DNA from: Clostridia bacterium
GTDB taxonomy: Bacteria > Bacillota > Clostridia > Christensenellales > UBA1242
DNA length: 64,000 nt
Direction: 5' to 3'
NCBI GenBank assembly: GCA_017478185.1
Contig: JAFVEA010000001.1
Span: 19,090-83,089, forward strand
Below are positions 46,922 to 56,914 of the stretch, piece by piece. The notes below the pieces were generated by a model. That model saw nothing but the letters and a program-made list of their open reading frames with translations. It was not told where the DNA came from and ran no database searches. Each line of letters opens with the position of its first letter. Position 1 is the first letter of the stretch. The position numbers and the translations under genes are program-made.

Positions 46922-47195
46922 AACCACCAGATAGTCTGGTGGTTCAATTTAGGTTTACCGATGAGCAAATTATCTCCTTTGTGCTATAATTAAGAATGTA
47001 GTCTAACACATAATAAAAATAACACAAAGGAGATAAAAAATGAAACAGATAAACCTAAGTAATAGTTTAGCACATACTTTCAAAAATTGCAAGTATCATA
47101 TAATGTTTACATCAAAAGATAGAAGAACAGGAAGTTTTAAAAAACTTAAAACACAAAAGTATTTTACGCATAGTTTAGGAGCGCAAAATTTATAA
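46922..47195 (+). mobile_element. Decayed IS200-type element, left-end features and truncated tnpA (right boundary undetermined)
   Basis: A perfect 9-bp hairpin AACCACCAG-ATAGT-CTGGTGGTT lies at 46922-46944. A perfect 14-bp stem pairs TTATCTCCTTTGTG (46970-46983) with CACAAAGGAGATAA (47023-47036) and buries the SD. The truncated tnpA follows. Confidence 0.65.
47040..47195 (+). pseudogene. tnpA: Truncated IS200/IS605-family Y1 transposase (tnpA) remnant, 51 codons
   Basis: MKQINLSNSLAHTFKNCKYHIMFTSKDRRT.. matches the IS200 TnpA N-terminus (..SLAHTRWNCKYHIVFAPKYRR..). Homology ends near 47130 and the rest of the ~150-aa protein is missing. Confidence 0.75.
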
Positions 47196-47239
47196 ACTTA
47201 AAAACAACCTTTGTTAAAACAATAAAAACAAGTAAGCAG

Positions 47240-47268
47240 TTGACTTTTTTATGAAAATTGAGCATAAT
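47240..47268 (+). promoter_or_regulatory. Sigma-A promoter (plus strand), twin of the one at 45639-45667
   Basis: TTGACT(47240-47245)-17 bp-CATAAT(47263-47268). Confidence 0.55.
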
Positions 47269-47274
47269 AACTAT

Positions 47275-47335
47275 AAATTTGAGATAAGCAGGCTCATTAT
47301 GAGTCATAAACACCTTCTCAAATTTTTTTATTTTA
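47275..47335 (+). ncRNA. Predicted ~60-nt hairpin RNA or attenuator upstream of ruvC
   Basis: A 10-bp closing stem pairs AAATTTGAGA (47275-47284) with TCTCAAATTT (47316-47325). An internal hairpin GGCTCATTATGAGTC lies at 47291-47305, and a T-run follows. Confidence 0.3.
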
Positions 47336-47419
47336 ATTTTATAAATAAAGAATAATAATTAGAAAATTTGTTTTACTTTTTTTGTTTTGTGTGTTATCAT
47401 TAAGTTAGGAGATGAAAAA

Positions 47420-47908
47420 GTGATAATATTAGGTATAGACCCAGGTTATGGCTTGGTTGGATTTGGGGTTATTGAAAAAAATGGTGGAAACATAAATGTT
47501 TTGGATTTTGGATGTATTTCAACCAGCAAAGATGACAAACTTTCAAGAAGATTAGAAATTATATCAGATTGTATGCATCAGCTTTTAGACAAATGGAAGC
47601 CAGATGAAATGGCAATAGAAAAATTGTTTTTTAACAAAAATGTAACCACAGGAATCCCTGTGGCTCAAGCAAGGGGAGTTATCTTGTTATCAGCTCAAGA
47701 AAGAAATATTCCAATTTATCAATACACGCCTCAAAACATAAAAATGGCATTAACTGGAATGGGGAAAGCTGACAAAAAGCAAATGCAATTTATGGTTAAA
47801 ACTGTTTTAGGACTTCGAGAAGTTCCAAAGCCAGATGATGCAGCAGATGCTTTGGCTGTTGCAATTTGCCATAGTCAAACAAATTTAAATATGGTTGGAA
47901 ACATTTAA
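47420..47908 (+). CDS. ruvC: Crossover junction endodeoxyribonuclease RuvC
   Basis: IILGIDPGYG.. with catalytic Asp, E, and DAADALAVAICH. GTG 47420 follows AGGAGA. Confidence 0.92.
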   Translation: MIILGIDPGYGLVGFGVIEKNGGNINVLDFGCISTSKDDKLSRRLEIISDCMHQLLDKWKPDEMAIEKLFFNKNVTTGIPVAQARGVILLSAQERNIPIYQYTPQNIKMALTGMGKADKKQMQFMVKTVLGLREVPKPDDAADALAVAICHSQTNLNMVGNI

Positions 47909-47920
47909 AAGGAATTAATT

Positions 47921-48508
47921 ATGTTTGGATTTATAAAAGGAATAATTGCCTACAAAAATAATAATATTGTTGTGTTAGATAATAATGGTGTTGGATATGA
48001 AATGATTGTGTCTGATATTTGTTTTATGAAATTGGGGGAAATTGGAGAAGAGGCAAAACTTTGGACGCATCTTCATGTTAGAGAGGATGAAATAACCATA
48101 ATAGGTTTTTATGACCTTCAAGAGCGAGAGGTGTTTAGAAAACTTATTTTGGTTAATGGTGTTGGGCCAAGAATGGCGTTAACAATTTTGGGTGGAATTT
48201 CAGCTCATGATTTAACAGTTGCAATAGCAACGCAAAACGCAAGCGCACTAAAAGGTATTAAAGGCGTTGGAAGCAAAATAAGAGAGCGCATTTTGCTAGA
48301 GCTTAAAGAAAAGATGCAAACAATGGACACTTTAGAAATTTCAATGCGTGGTTATGTTGATAACAAACTTTATGACAATGCAGTTTCAATTTTAATGGAT
48401 TGGGGAGTGCAAAAATTTCAAGCAGAAGAAATTATACGAGCTAATTTAACGCCAGAAGATGATTTAGAAAGTTTGCTTGCAAAAGCATTTAAGGATATGG
48501 GGAGATAA
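47921..48508 (+). CDS. ruvA: Holliday junction DNA helicase RuvA
   Basis: MFGFIKG.., HhH motifs ([13 protein letters not shown]; [15 protein letters not shown]). Confidence 0.93.
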   Translation: MFGFIKGIIAYKNNNIVVLDNNGVGYEMIVSDICFMKLGEIGEEAKLWTHLHVREDEITIIGFYDLQEREVFRKLILVNGVGPRMALTILGGISAHDLTVAIATQNASALKGIKGVGSKIRERILLELKEKMQTMDTLEISMRGYVDNKLYDNAVSILMDWGVQKFQAEEIIRANLTPEDDLESLLAKAFKDMGR

Positions 48509-48513
48509 GAGTT

Positions 48514-49560
48514 ATGGAGGGAGAAAATTTTATTTCTAGTTCAAAACAAAAAGCCGATGAACTTATTGAAGTTAGCCTAAGACCAAACACTTTGGATGAG
48601 TATATAGGGCAGAATAAAATAAAAGAAAGCATAAAAATTTATATAGAAGCAGCAAAAAACAGAGATGATGCTCTAGACCATGTTTTGCTTTTTGGGCCTC
48701 CGGGGCTTGGAAAAACAACACTTGCTCACATAGTTGCAAATGAACTTGGCTCACAAATAAGAATAACAAGTGGTCCAGCAATTTCTCACGCAGCTGACCT
48801 TGCTGCAATTTTAACAAATTTAGGCAAAAATGATGTATTATTTATTGATGAAATTCATAGGTTAAACAGGTCTGTTGAAGAGGTTTTATATCCAGCAATG
48901 GAAGATTTTGCCCTAGATTTTGTGGTTGGAAAAGGCCCTTCAGCAAAAAGCGTTAGAATAAAGCTTCAGCCATTCACATTAATTGGAGCAACAACAAGGG
49001 CAGGTATGCTCACGGGGCCTCTTCGTGATAGGTTTGGGGTTTTGGGTAGGCTTGAAATGTATGATGAAAAAGACCTTTCAACAATTTTAAAGCGTTCAGC
49101 CAAAATACTTGGAATAGAGATAGAAGAAGATGCAACCTTAGAAATTGCCAGAAGGTCACGAGGAACGCCAAGAATAGCTAATAGGCTTTTAAAAAGAGTT
49201 CGAGATTATGCCCAAGTTAAAGGAGAAGGGATTATCACTCTTGAGATGGCACAAAAAGCTCTAAAAATGATGGAGATAGATAGCATTGGCCTTGATAGCG
49301 TTGACCACAGACTTTTAAATGCAATAATAGACAAATTTGGTGGTGGCCCAGTTGGGCTAGACACTCTTTCAGCATCAACTGGAGAAGAGGCAACAACAAT
49401 AGAGGATGTTTATGAGCCATATTTAATGCAACTAGGGTTTATTGCCAGAACAAATCGTGGGCGAATTGCTCTTCCAAGAGCTTATGAACACTTAGGCAAA
49501 AAATTGGATGAAAAAAAGGCTAGTGAATTAGAAAAATTAAAAAAAGTTCAAGATAATTGA
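48514..49560 (+). CDS. ruvB: Holliday junction DNA helicase RuvB
   Basis: [32 protein letters not shown], and [11 protein letters not shown]. Confidence 0.97.
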   Translation: MEGENFISSSKQKADELIEVSLRPNTLDEYIGQNKIKESIKIYIEAAKNRDDALDHVLLFGPPGLGKTTLAHIVANELGSQIRITSGPAISHAADLAAILTNLGKNDVLFIDEIHRLNRSVEEVLYPAMEDFALDFVVGKGPSAKSVRIKLQPFTLIGATTRAGMLTGPLRDRFGVLGRLEMYDEKDLSTILKRSAKILGIEIEEDATLEIARRSRGTPRIANRLLKRVRDYAQVKGEGIITLEMAQKALKMMEIDSIGLDSVDHRLLNAIIDKFGGGPVGLDTLSASTGEEATTIEDVYEPYLMQLGFIARTNRGRIALPRAYEHLGKKLDEKKASELEKLKKVQDN

Positions 49561-49660
49561 CAAAATAAAACAAAATAATTTTATTTGTTGTTTAAAAACG
49601 CTTGCTAAAAAAACAAAATTTTTATATAATGAAAATATATTTATTTTTTAGGAGATTGTT

Positions 49661-50233
49661 ATGATTTATTCATTATTAGCTGTTGGAACATTTTTTTCAC
49701 AATATTGGCCAGTTTTGGCTTTGCTTGTTGCTTTAATCGCTCTTTATATTGTTTCTATTTTTCGTCGCAAAAAAGATAGCGAGCAAGCACAAAAAATGAT
49801 TGATGAGTTAAAACCTGGAACAAAAGTTAAAACATACACAGGGTTTTATGGAACTATTGATTCAATTAGAGAAACAACTGACGGAAAGGTTGTTATGTTA
49901 AGAATTGGTGAAGAGGGCGGAAAACAAGCTTTTGTTGAAATTGATGCAAATGCAATTTATGGAATAGATTCAAAAACAGATGTTGTTTATGACGCTCAAG
50001 GCAACATTATTGTTAAAGAAGATGATTCATCAAAAACAAACAACAAAAACAAAGAAGAAGAACAAGAACCAGAAAAAGCTCAAGAGCAACAAAAAGAAAA
50101 AGATGAAAGGGTAAAAAAGCCTAGAAAGAGCAAGAATGAAACAAAAGACGCAAAAGACTTTTCAGCAAGCGATATTCAGCCAATAAAAGAAGAAAAAAAG
50201 AAAACAAGAAAAACAAAAAAAGAAGAAAAATAA
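49661..50233 (+). CDS. yajC: Preprotein translocase subunit YajC with a long K/E-rich C-terminal tail
   Basis: Single N-terminal TM, then ..MIDELKPGTKVKTYTGFYGTIDSI.. (YajC core). About 80 extra residues of K/E/Q low complexity follow. Upstream of secDF. Confidence 0.8.
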   Translation: MIYSLLAVGTFFSQYWPVLALLVALIALYIVSIFRRKKDSEQAQKMIDELKPGTKVKTYTGFYGTIDSIRETTDGKVVMLRIGEEGGKQAFVEIDANAIYGIDSKTDVVYDAQGNIIVKEDDSSKTNNKNKEEEQEPEKAQEQQKEKDERVKKPRKSKNETKDAKDFSASDIQPIKEEKKKTRKTKKEEK

Positions 50234-50246
50234 GCCGAATTTAGGC

Positions 50247-50648
50247 TTATTTTTTTCTTAATCCTATTGTTATAATTCCTGAAATTAGCCCCAAAACACT
50301 GCCAAAAGCAATATCATTTAAAACATTTATGCCCACAGAAAAATGACCATCTAAAACAGAAAATATCAAAAATGACAAAATTGAATAAATAAGCCCCACA
50401 AAAATTCCCACAAGCCAGCCATGGCTGTTTATTTTTTTGCTAGCAACAAAACAGGCAAAAAAGATGCTTAAAACTTTTATTATTTGATTTACGGGTGAAA
50501 TGGCGTTTTCAGAAATTGAGGTGAATTTTATAACAAAAGCAAACAAAAGTATGCACACCAAAGAAAAGGCTACTCCCCAAAAAGAGCCTTTGATGATGTT
50601 TAAAACAATAGAATTATTTTTATTTTTAGATAATGTTGTGGATTCCAT
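50247..50648 (-). CDS. Small 4-TM membrane protein (TIGR04086-like)
   Basis: 133 aa with four hydrophobic helices. ATG 50648 follows GGAGAA. The family assignment is from memory of the sequence pattern only. Confidence 0.45.
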   Translation of the reverse strand: MESTTLSKNKNNSIVLNIIKGSFWGVAFSLVCILLFAFVIKFTSISENAISPVNQIIKVLSIFFACFVASKKINSHGWLVGIFVGLIYSILSFLIFSVLDGHFSVGINVLNDIAFGSVLGLISGIITIGLRKK

Positions 50649-50815
50649 ACTATTCTCCTTGTTTTTTAAATATATGCAAAACAAAATTAAAAATATGCTG
50701 TTTTTAAAAATAAAAGTTGGCAATAATTATGTAAAAAGTTGATTTTTACGCAAAAAATAATTGACTAAACCCCATATTTAGGGTATAATGATAAACATAT
50801 AAAGAGGAGCTTTCT

Positions 50816-52111
50816 ATGAATAAGCCAACAGCAATAAAAAGATTTATTATTTTGATAGTGTTTATGGTTATAGGTTTTTTGCTTACTTTTTGTTCATTTG
50901 AAATACCTTTCACCAACTACACATACAACGGATTTGCAAACTCAATAAAACTCGGCCTTGACATCAAGGGTGGTGTTTTGCTTATTGGAGATGCCAGCCC
51001 ATCAGAAGATAGAGATAGCACAAACTTTGAGCAAGACTTAAAGGCAACACAAGAAAGGCTTTCAAGTGTTTTGGCAAGTGAAGGTTACACAGAAGCGGTG
51101 GTAACAATTCAGCAGGGCAATAGAATTCGTGTTGAAGTTCCTGATGTTAATGACCCAGAAGCAGTTTTAAACTTGATTGGAACGCCTCAAAAAATTGAGT
51201 TTAGGCTAGATAAAGATGGCGAGGCGGTTATCACAGGAAAGCACATAAAAAGTGTTGGAGCAAGTTATCAGCCATCAAGCTCAAGCGGTTCAGAATATGA
51301 ATGGGGAGTAACGGTTAATTTCACCGCAGAAGGTGAAAGCTTGTTCTATCAACTTACAAGTGATGCGTTAAACACCAGCGAGAAAAAGATTTATATTTTT
51401 GCAAATGGTGAAGAAATTTCAGAGCCAACAGTAAGCACTGCCATTCGTGGTTCAACTTTTATTTCAGGAAGTTATGACCAAAAGGGAGCGGAGGATTTTG
51501 CTCTTCAAATTATGAGTGGAACATTCTCTGTTGACCTAAACTGGGGTGAAACTTCTGTTATTAGTGCAACGCTGGGTGTTAATGCTTTAAAATATGGCTT
51601 AATTGCAGGTATTGTTGGGCTTGTTTTAATATTTGCCTTTATGTGTTGGAGATACAGAATGATGGGCTTGTTGTCTTCTTTTGCGCTATGTTTTTATATA
51701 ATTATTGTAATGTTCTTATTGCAAGCAATCCCATATGTTCAATTAACACTAGAGGGAATTGCCGGAATAATCTTGTCTATTGGTATGGCAATAGATGCAA
51801 ACATTATTATCTTTGAGCGTATAAAAGAAGAGTATAAACAAGGCAAGAGATTAAACTTAGCAATAAACACAGGGTTTAAAAAAGGTATGCCAGCAATTAT
51901 CGACTCAAACATAACAACTTTTATTGCTTGTGTTATTTTGATGATTTTTGGAACAAGCTCAATTCAAGGTTTTGCCATAACACTGTTTATTGGTGTTGCT
52001 GTTTCAATGTTCACATCTTTGGTTATAACAAGAGGGCTACTCAATATGTATTATCCGCTAAACAGCACAAAGCCAAGATATTATGCTCTTAAAAGGGAGG
52101 TGAATGCCTGA
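50816..52111 (+). CDS. secD: Protein translocase subunit SecD
   Basis: LGLDIKGG.., a large periplasmic loop, and six C-terminal TMs with IDANIIIFERIKEE. Confidence 0.93.
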   Translation: MNKPTAIKRFIILIVFMVIGFLLTFCSFEIPFTNYTYNGFANSIKLGLDIKGGVLLIGDASPSEDRDSTNFEQDLKATQERLSSVLASEGYTEAVVTIQQGNRIRVEVPDVNDPEAVLNLIGTPQKIEFRLDKDGEAVITGKHIKSVGASYQPSSSSGSEYEWGVTVNFTAEGESLFYQLTSDALNTSEKKIYIFANGEEISEPTVSTAIRGSTFISGSYDQKGAEDFALQIMSGTFSVDLNWGETSVISATLGVNALKYGLIAGIVGLVLIFAFMCWRYRMMGLLSSFALCFYIIIVMFLLQAIPYVQLTLEGIAGIILSIGMAIDANIIIFERIKEEYKQGKRLNLAINTGFKKGMPAIIDSNITTFIACVILMIFGTSSIQGFAITLFIGVAVSMFTSLVITRGLLNMYYPLNSTKPRYYALKREVNA

Positions 52112-53172
52112 TGGAACAAAAAAAGCTAAAAGCCTCAAAGTTAACTGAATATTTTAAAAGTGAAAAATTTAAGCCAAGCGAGTGGAGCAAATATTTTTGG
52201 ATTTTAAGTGGAACAATATTTTTGGTTGGTTTAATTATTTTATGCACAATTGGATTTAGATTAGGGCTTGATTTCACTGGTGGAAACATTATGAGAGTTC
52301 AAGTTGGGGAAGAAATCAACACCGAGGCTGTAAAAAATAATGTTGAAAACACCATAAAAGGAACAGTTTCAGATAATGGAGCAAAAGTTTCTAGGTATCA
52401 AATTATTGAAGAGAATGGAACATATTATGTTGAATTTCAATATCAAAACATAAATGATGATATGACTGAAGTTAACACAAACATTCAAAATGAACTTACA
52501 ACAAAACTAAATGATGTTTTAACAGAAACTTACACAGTTTCAGCTTCAGAAACAAAAAGTGCCAGTGCAAGTGGTGACCTTTTGTTTAGAGCATTTATAG
52601 CACTAGCAATAGCAGTTGTGGCAATCCTTGTTTATGTTGCAATAAGGTTTGAACTTTTAAGTGGACTTGCTGCCGTTATCACGCTTTTTCATGATGTTTT
52701 GTTAATGTGCGCTTTGGTTCTTATATTTAGAATTGAAGTTAACAGTGCGTTTATTGCGGCGGTTATAACAATTTTGGGATATTCTGTTAACAACACAATA
52801 GTTGTTTTTGATAGAGTTCGTGAAAACAGAAAGAAAGAAAGTTTAATGAAAATGAGCAATATGGACATCGCAAACTTGTCTATAAAACAAACATTAACAA
52901 GAACATTAAACACATCAATAACAACGCTTTTGGCAGTTGTAATGCTGGCAATAATTGGGGTTTCTGCAATAAGGCAATTTATAGTTCCTATTATATTTGG
53001 TTTGATTGTTGGAACTTATGCAGCAATATTCATTTCTGCACCTCTTTGGGCAAAAATTATAACTGGTTCAAAATTTGATAAACGAAAAATTCAAAAAACA
53101 GAGAAAATAGATAAAAAAGAAACATTAGAGGATGGGGAAAAGGTTGTTGAAACAACTGCTGAACCTATTTAA
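52111..53172 (+). CDS. secF: Protein translocase subunit SecF
   Basis: GLDFTGG.., YSVNNTIVVFDRVRE, and a TGATG overlap with secD. Confidence 0.93.
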   Translation: MEQKKLKASKLTEYFKSEKFKPSEWSKYFWILSGTIFLVGLIILCTIGFRLGLDFTGGNIMRVQVGEEINTEAVKNNVENTIKGTVSDNGAKVSRYQIIEENGTYYVEFQYQNINDDMTEVNTNIQNELTTKLNDVLTETYTVSASETKSASASGDLLFRAFIALAIAVVAILVYVAIRFELLSGLAAVITLFHDVLLMCALVLIFRIEVNSAFIAAVITILGYSVNNTIVVFDRVRENRKKESLMKMSNMDIANLSIKQTLTRTLNTSITTLLAVVMLAIIGVSAIRQFIVPIIFGLIVGTYAAIFISAPLWAKIITGSKFDKRKIQKTEKIDKKETLEDGEKVVETTAEPI

Positions 53173-53210
53173 AAGTTAAGCCCTTAAAAATTTTTGGGGG
53201 CTTACTTTTT
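53173..53210 (+). terminator. Rho-independent terminator
   Basis: TAAGCCC ... GGGCTTA stem followed by a T-run. Confidence 0.6.
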
Positions 53211-53225
53211 ATAAAAGGAATATAT

Positions 53226-55616
53226 ATGGAATATAGGAAGATAACAAAAAACAATATACAAACAGATAGAATAAAAAAAATATCAAAAGATTTTTCTATA
53301 AGTGAAAAAGTTGCAGAAGTTTTGCTTGCAAGAGGATTTGAAAGCGATGAAGCTATTTCTAAATTTTTGTCACCATCACTAGATGACCTTCACAACCCAA
53401 TGCTTTTGGATGATATGAAAGAGGCTGTTGACAAAATAAAAAAAGCAATTAGTGAAAAAAAGCGCATTTTAATTTTTGGCGACTATGATGTTGATGGAAT
53501 AAGCGCCAGCTATATTTTGCTAGATTATTTTGAAAGTTTGGGAGCAATTGTTGATGCCTTTTTGCCAAATAGATATATTGATGGATATGGGCTAACAATA
53601 GAGGCTTTAGACAAAGAAATTGCAAGGTTTAGCCCAGACTTAATTATAACAGTTGATTGTGGCATAACAGGTTATAAAGAGGTTGAATACATAAAATCTT
53701 TTGGCATTGATGTTATTATAACTGACCACCACAATTGCCCTGAAATTTTGCCAGATTGTTTGGTTATAGATGCAAAAAAGCCGAACCAAAAATATCCTTT
53801 TAATGAAATATGTGGAACAGGTGTTGCTTTTAAAATTGTTGAGGCAATGTCTGACCGAAAAACAGCCTTAAAATATTTGCCCATAACAGCACTGGCAACA
53901 GTTGCAGATATTGTTCCTTTGGTGGATGAAAACAGGGCAATAGTTAAATTTGGTTTAAGTGAGCCACTTTCAAGTTTTCCGCTGGGGATTGCAATGCTTG
54001 CAAAAGAGCTTAAGATTAGTGGCAGTTTAACCAGCCAAGATGTTGGGTTTAAGCTTGCTCCAAAAATAAATGCTGCCGGAAGAATGGGCAATGCTAAACA
54101 CAGCTTGGATTTATATAGAGAAACTGACAAAACAAAAATAACTCAAATGATTGCAAAACTTTTGGTTTATAACACAGATAGGCAAGAGCTTTGCAACATT
54201 GTTTATCGTGATTGCGTTGAAGAGCTAAAAAAAGTTGACCTTTCACAAAAAAAGACAATTGTTTTGTATAATCAAAATTGGAATATAGGCATTTTAGGAA
54301 TAGTTGCAGCAAGAATTTCTGAAGAATATAACAGGCCAACATTTTTGTTAGGAAAAGAAGGGGAGCTTTATAAAGGTTCTTGCCGTAGTATTGAAGGAAT
54401 GGATATTCATTCTATTTTAACAAAGTTAAACAACACCTTAGAAAGCTTTGGCGGACACACAATGGCAGCTGGGATTAGTGTTAGAGAAGATAAATTAAAT
54501 GAATTTTCTAAAAATTTAGAAAGCATTGTAAATTCTGAATATGATGATTTGTTTTTTAAACCATATTATGAGTATGATTTAGAAATTGAGTTAGCAAGCA
54601 TAAATCCCAATTTAATTGCTGATTTTTCTAAATTAGAGCCTTTTGGTTGCGGGAATCCAATGCCAATTTTTAAAATAATTTTTGATAAATGTGTTTGTGT
54701 TCCAATGAAAAACAGCCCACAACATTTAACTGTTCAGGTTCCACCTTTAACCCTTTTATGTTTTAATAAACCAGAGTTTTTTAATATGATTTGCCAAAGT
54801 TCTAAAAAAGAATGTTTGGTTGAACTTCAAATTGAAAATTATAAAGGTAGCAAAAATTGTAAGGGAATTATAAAATATATTCAGCTTTGTGAATGTCCAA
54901 ACATCAGTGCAGAGCGAATTGGTGGGGAATATATCAAACAATTAGCTCTTTCATCTTATTGCCAAAAACCAATTTTTAAAACATATAATAAAAACAATTT
55001 GGATGAGCTTCTATCAGAAAAAAAATCAATTTATGGAACGCTAATTGTTGCAAACACTCTTCAAAGTTATAAAGAATTTTTAGAAAAAAGCTCAAATATA
55101 AACAATATTTTATGTTTTGAATATCTAAATTTAACAAACAAAAGTGGTTTTAACACACTATGTTTATGCCCAAGCAGTTTAAATGATTTCACAAATTTTA
55201 ACAGAATAATACTTCTTGACAGTGTTTTGGATGATGCTTATATAACATCATTAAATTCAAACACAAAAGCTGATATTTATTTGCCACAAAATGCACCATT
55301 TTTGTATTCACCATTCAAAATGATTGATTTGTCAAGAAAAATATTTGGAAAATATTTTAATTTAATAAAAGAGGCAAGCAATCAAAAAATTATTGGCTTT
55401 GATGACTTTAATTTGTTTAACAAGCTTAAAAAAATTGATAAAACAATAAATTATGTTCAATTTATTTCGTGTTTGTTTACTTTTTCTCAAATTGGCATAA
55501 TAAAAATTCAAGATAAAATTGGTGAATTTGGAGTTTTTGTTAACAACGGAAACAAAAGCAGTTTGGAAAAATCATTTTTCTATAATAAGCTTTGCTTAGT
55601 TTTAAAATCATACTAA
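53226..55616 (+). CDS. recJ: Single-stranded-DNA-specific exonuclease RecJ (long form)
   Basis: DHH motifs (IFGDYDVDGISA, VDCG, ITDHHN) and DHHA1 (GGHTMAAG), plus a ~250-aa C-terminal extension. Confidence 0.9.
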   Translation: MEYRKITKNNIQTDRIKKISKDFSISEKVAEVLLARGFESDEAISKFLSPSLDDLHNPMLLDDMKEAVDKIKKAISEKKRILIFGDYDVDGISASYILLDYFESLGAIVDAFLPNRYIDGYGLTIEALDKEIARFSPDLIITVDCGITGYKEVEYIKSFGIDVIITDHHNCPEILPDCLVIDAKKPNQKYPFNEICGTGVAFKIVEAMSDRKTALKYLPITALATVADIVPLVDENRAIVKFGLSEPLSSFPLGIAMLAKELKISGSLTSQDVGFKLAPKINAAGRMGNAKHSLDLYRETDKTKITQMIAKLLVYNTDRQELCNIVYRDCVEELKKVDLSQKKTIVLYNQNWNIGILGIVAARISEEYNRPTFLLGKEGELYKGSCRSIEGMDIHSILTKLNNTLESFGGHTMAAGISVREDKLNEFSKNLESIVNSEYDDLFFKPYYEYDLEIELASINPNLIADFSKLEPFGCGNPMPIFKIIFDKCVCVPMKNSPQHLTVQVPPLTLLCFNKPEFFNMICQSSKKECLVELQIENYKGSKNCKGIIKYIQLCECPNISAERIGGEYIKQLALSSYCQKPIFKTYNKNNLDELLSEKKSIYGTLIVANTLQSYKEFLEKSSNINNILCFEYLNLTNKSGFNTLCLCPSSLNDFTNFNRIILLDSVLDDAYITSLNSNTKADIYLPQNAPFLYSPFKMIDLSRKIFGKYFNLIKEASNQKIIGFDDFNLFNKLKKIDKTINYVQFISCLFTFSQIGIIKIQDKIGEFGVFVNNGNKSSLEKSFFYNKLCLVLKSY

Positions 55617-55630
55617 AAGGAGGGAAAGAT

Positions 55631-56797
55631 ATGAGGTTTAATTTGCCAAAGGCAAAAGAAACACCAAAAAATTATAAAATAATTCCATGGTCTGAAGAGT
55701 TTAGATGCGAATTTCCTGTTGAAAAAGTTAAAAAACTTTTAAAAGATGAAAAAATTCCTTTAGATAGGTTAATCAATAAATTAAATTTTGATTATAATAT
55801 GGACAGAGATAAGTGTATTTTAATTAAAAGTGCACTAGAAAATGAACCTGTTTTGGTGAATAATGACCAAGAAGTTAATTTAACAATTAACATTCCTTTT
55901 TGTGTTTGGCGATGTTTTAATTGCACCAATGTTATGTATGACAAAACAAAAAATCAAGATATTTATCCTTATTTTTTTGATGCGCTTTTAAAAGAGTTAG
56001 AAAGCACAAAAAAGCTTATAAATGACAAGTTTTTTATGGTTAAAAACATTGCATTCACGGGCAATATTATGGCTTTGGAAGAAGATAAAATTGAAAAGAT
56101 TTTTAATGCTTTAAATTACACTTTTTGCAATATTAGCATTGAAGTAGGGGCGCCAGAATTTGTTAGTGAAGAAAAACTTAAAATTTTGAAAAAATATAAT
56201 GTTTCAAGAATAATTATAAATGCCTTAACTTTTAACACACAAACTTTAAGAAAACTTTGCCGAAGGTTTGAATTTAAAGATTTATATGAAGCCTATAAAC
56301 TTATTGTTGGCTATGGATTTGAAACAAGTTTTGAACTTGTTGTGGGCTTAATTGACGAAAATCAATTAAAATTAGAAAGAAATTTAGAGCTTGCGTGTGA
56401 ACTTGGGGCATCCAACATTGATTTATATTCTTCACATTGCCGTTATATTGATGAGCCAAACAAGAGTTCAAAAAACATTATAGAACAAAGAAAATTATTA
56501 GATTTTGCGAATAATTATATGTTAAAAAAGGGATATGTTCCATATTTTATATATTGTTCTGAAATTGATGGGGGATGCTTTGAAAATGTTGGGTGGGCAA
56601 TAAATAATATGGCAAACAAGTTTTACATCGAAAAAACGCAAAAAAACACAATTTTAATTGGTTGTGGAACAAATGCTCTAAACATAAAGCTCAAAACAAA
56701 CACAGAGTCTGAGCAGTTTAAAAATCCATATAACATCTCACAATATGTTTTTGGTATTGATGAAATAATTCAAAAAAAGAGAGATTTTTTTAATTAA
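55631..56797 (+). CDS. Radical SAM protein, HemN/HemZ-like (coproporphyrinogen dehydrogenase family)
   Basis: CVWRCFNC CX3CX2C cluster. ATG 55631 follows AAGGAGGG. Confidence 0.6.
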   Translation: MRFNLPKAKETPKNYKIIPWSEEFRCEFPVEKVKKLLKDEKIPLDRLINKLNFDYNMDRDKCILIKSALENEPVLVNNDQEVNLTINIPFCVWRCFNCTNVMYDKTKNQDIYPYFFDALLKELESTKKLINDKFFMVKNIAFTGNIMALEEDKIEKIFNALNYTFCNISIEVGAPEFVSEEKLKILKKYNVSRIIINALTFNTQTLRKLCRRFEFKDLYEAYKLIVGYGFETSFELVVGLIDENQLKLERNLELACELGASNIDLYSSHCRYIDEPNKSSKNIIEQRKLLDFANNYMLKKGYVPYFIYCSEIDGGCFENVGWAINNMANKFYIEKTQKNTILIGCGTNALNIKLKTNTESEQFKNPYNISQYVFGIDEIIQKKRDFFN

Positions 56798-56914
56798 ACT
56801 CTTTACAAAACTTAAATAATATGTTACACTTTCATAGTGCCTTATTCATAGATTTTGGATTGCTCCAACCTTTTCTCTGAATAATGGTGAATTTGTTTAA
56901 AAAGGAGTTAAAAC

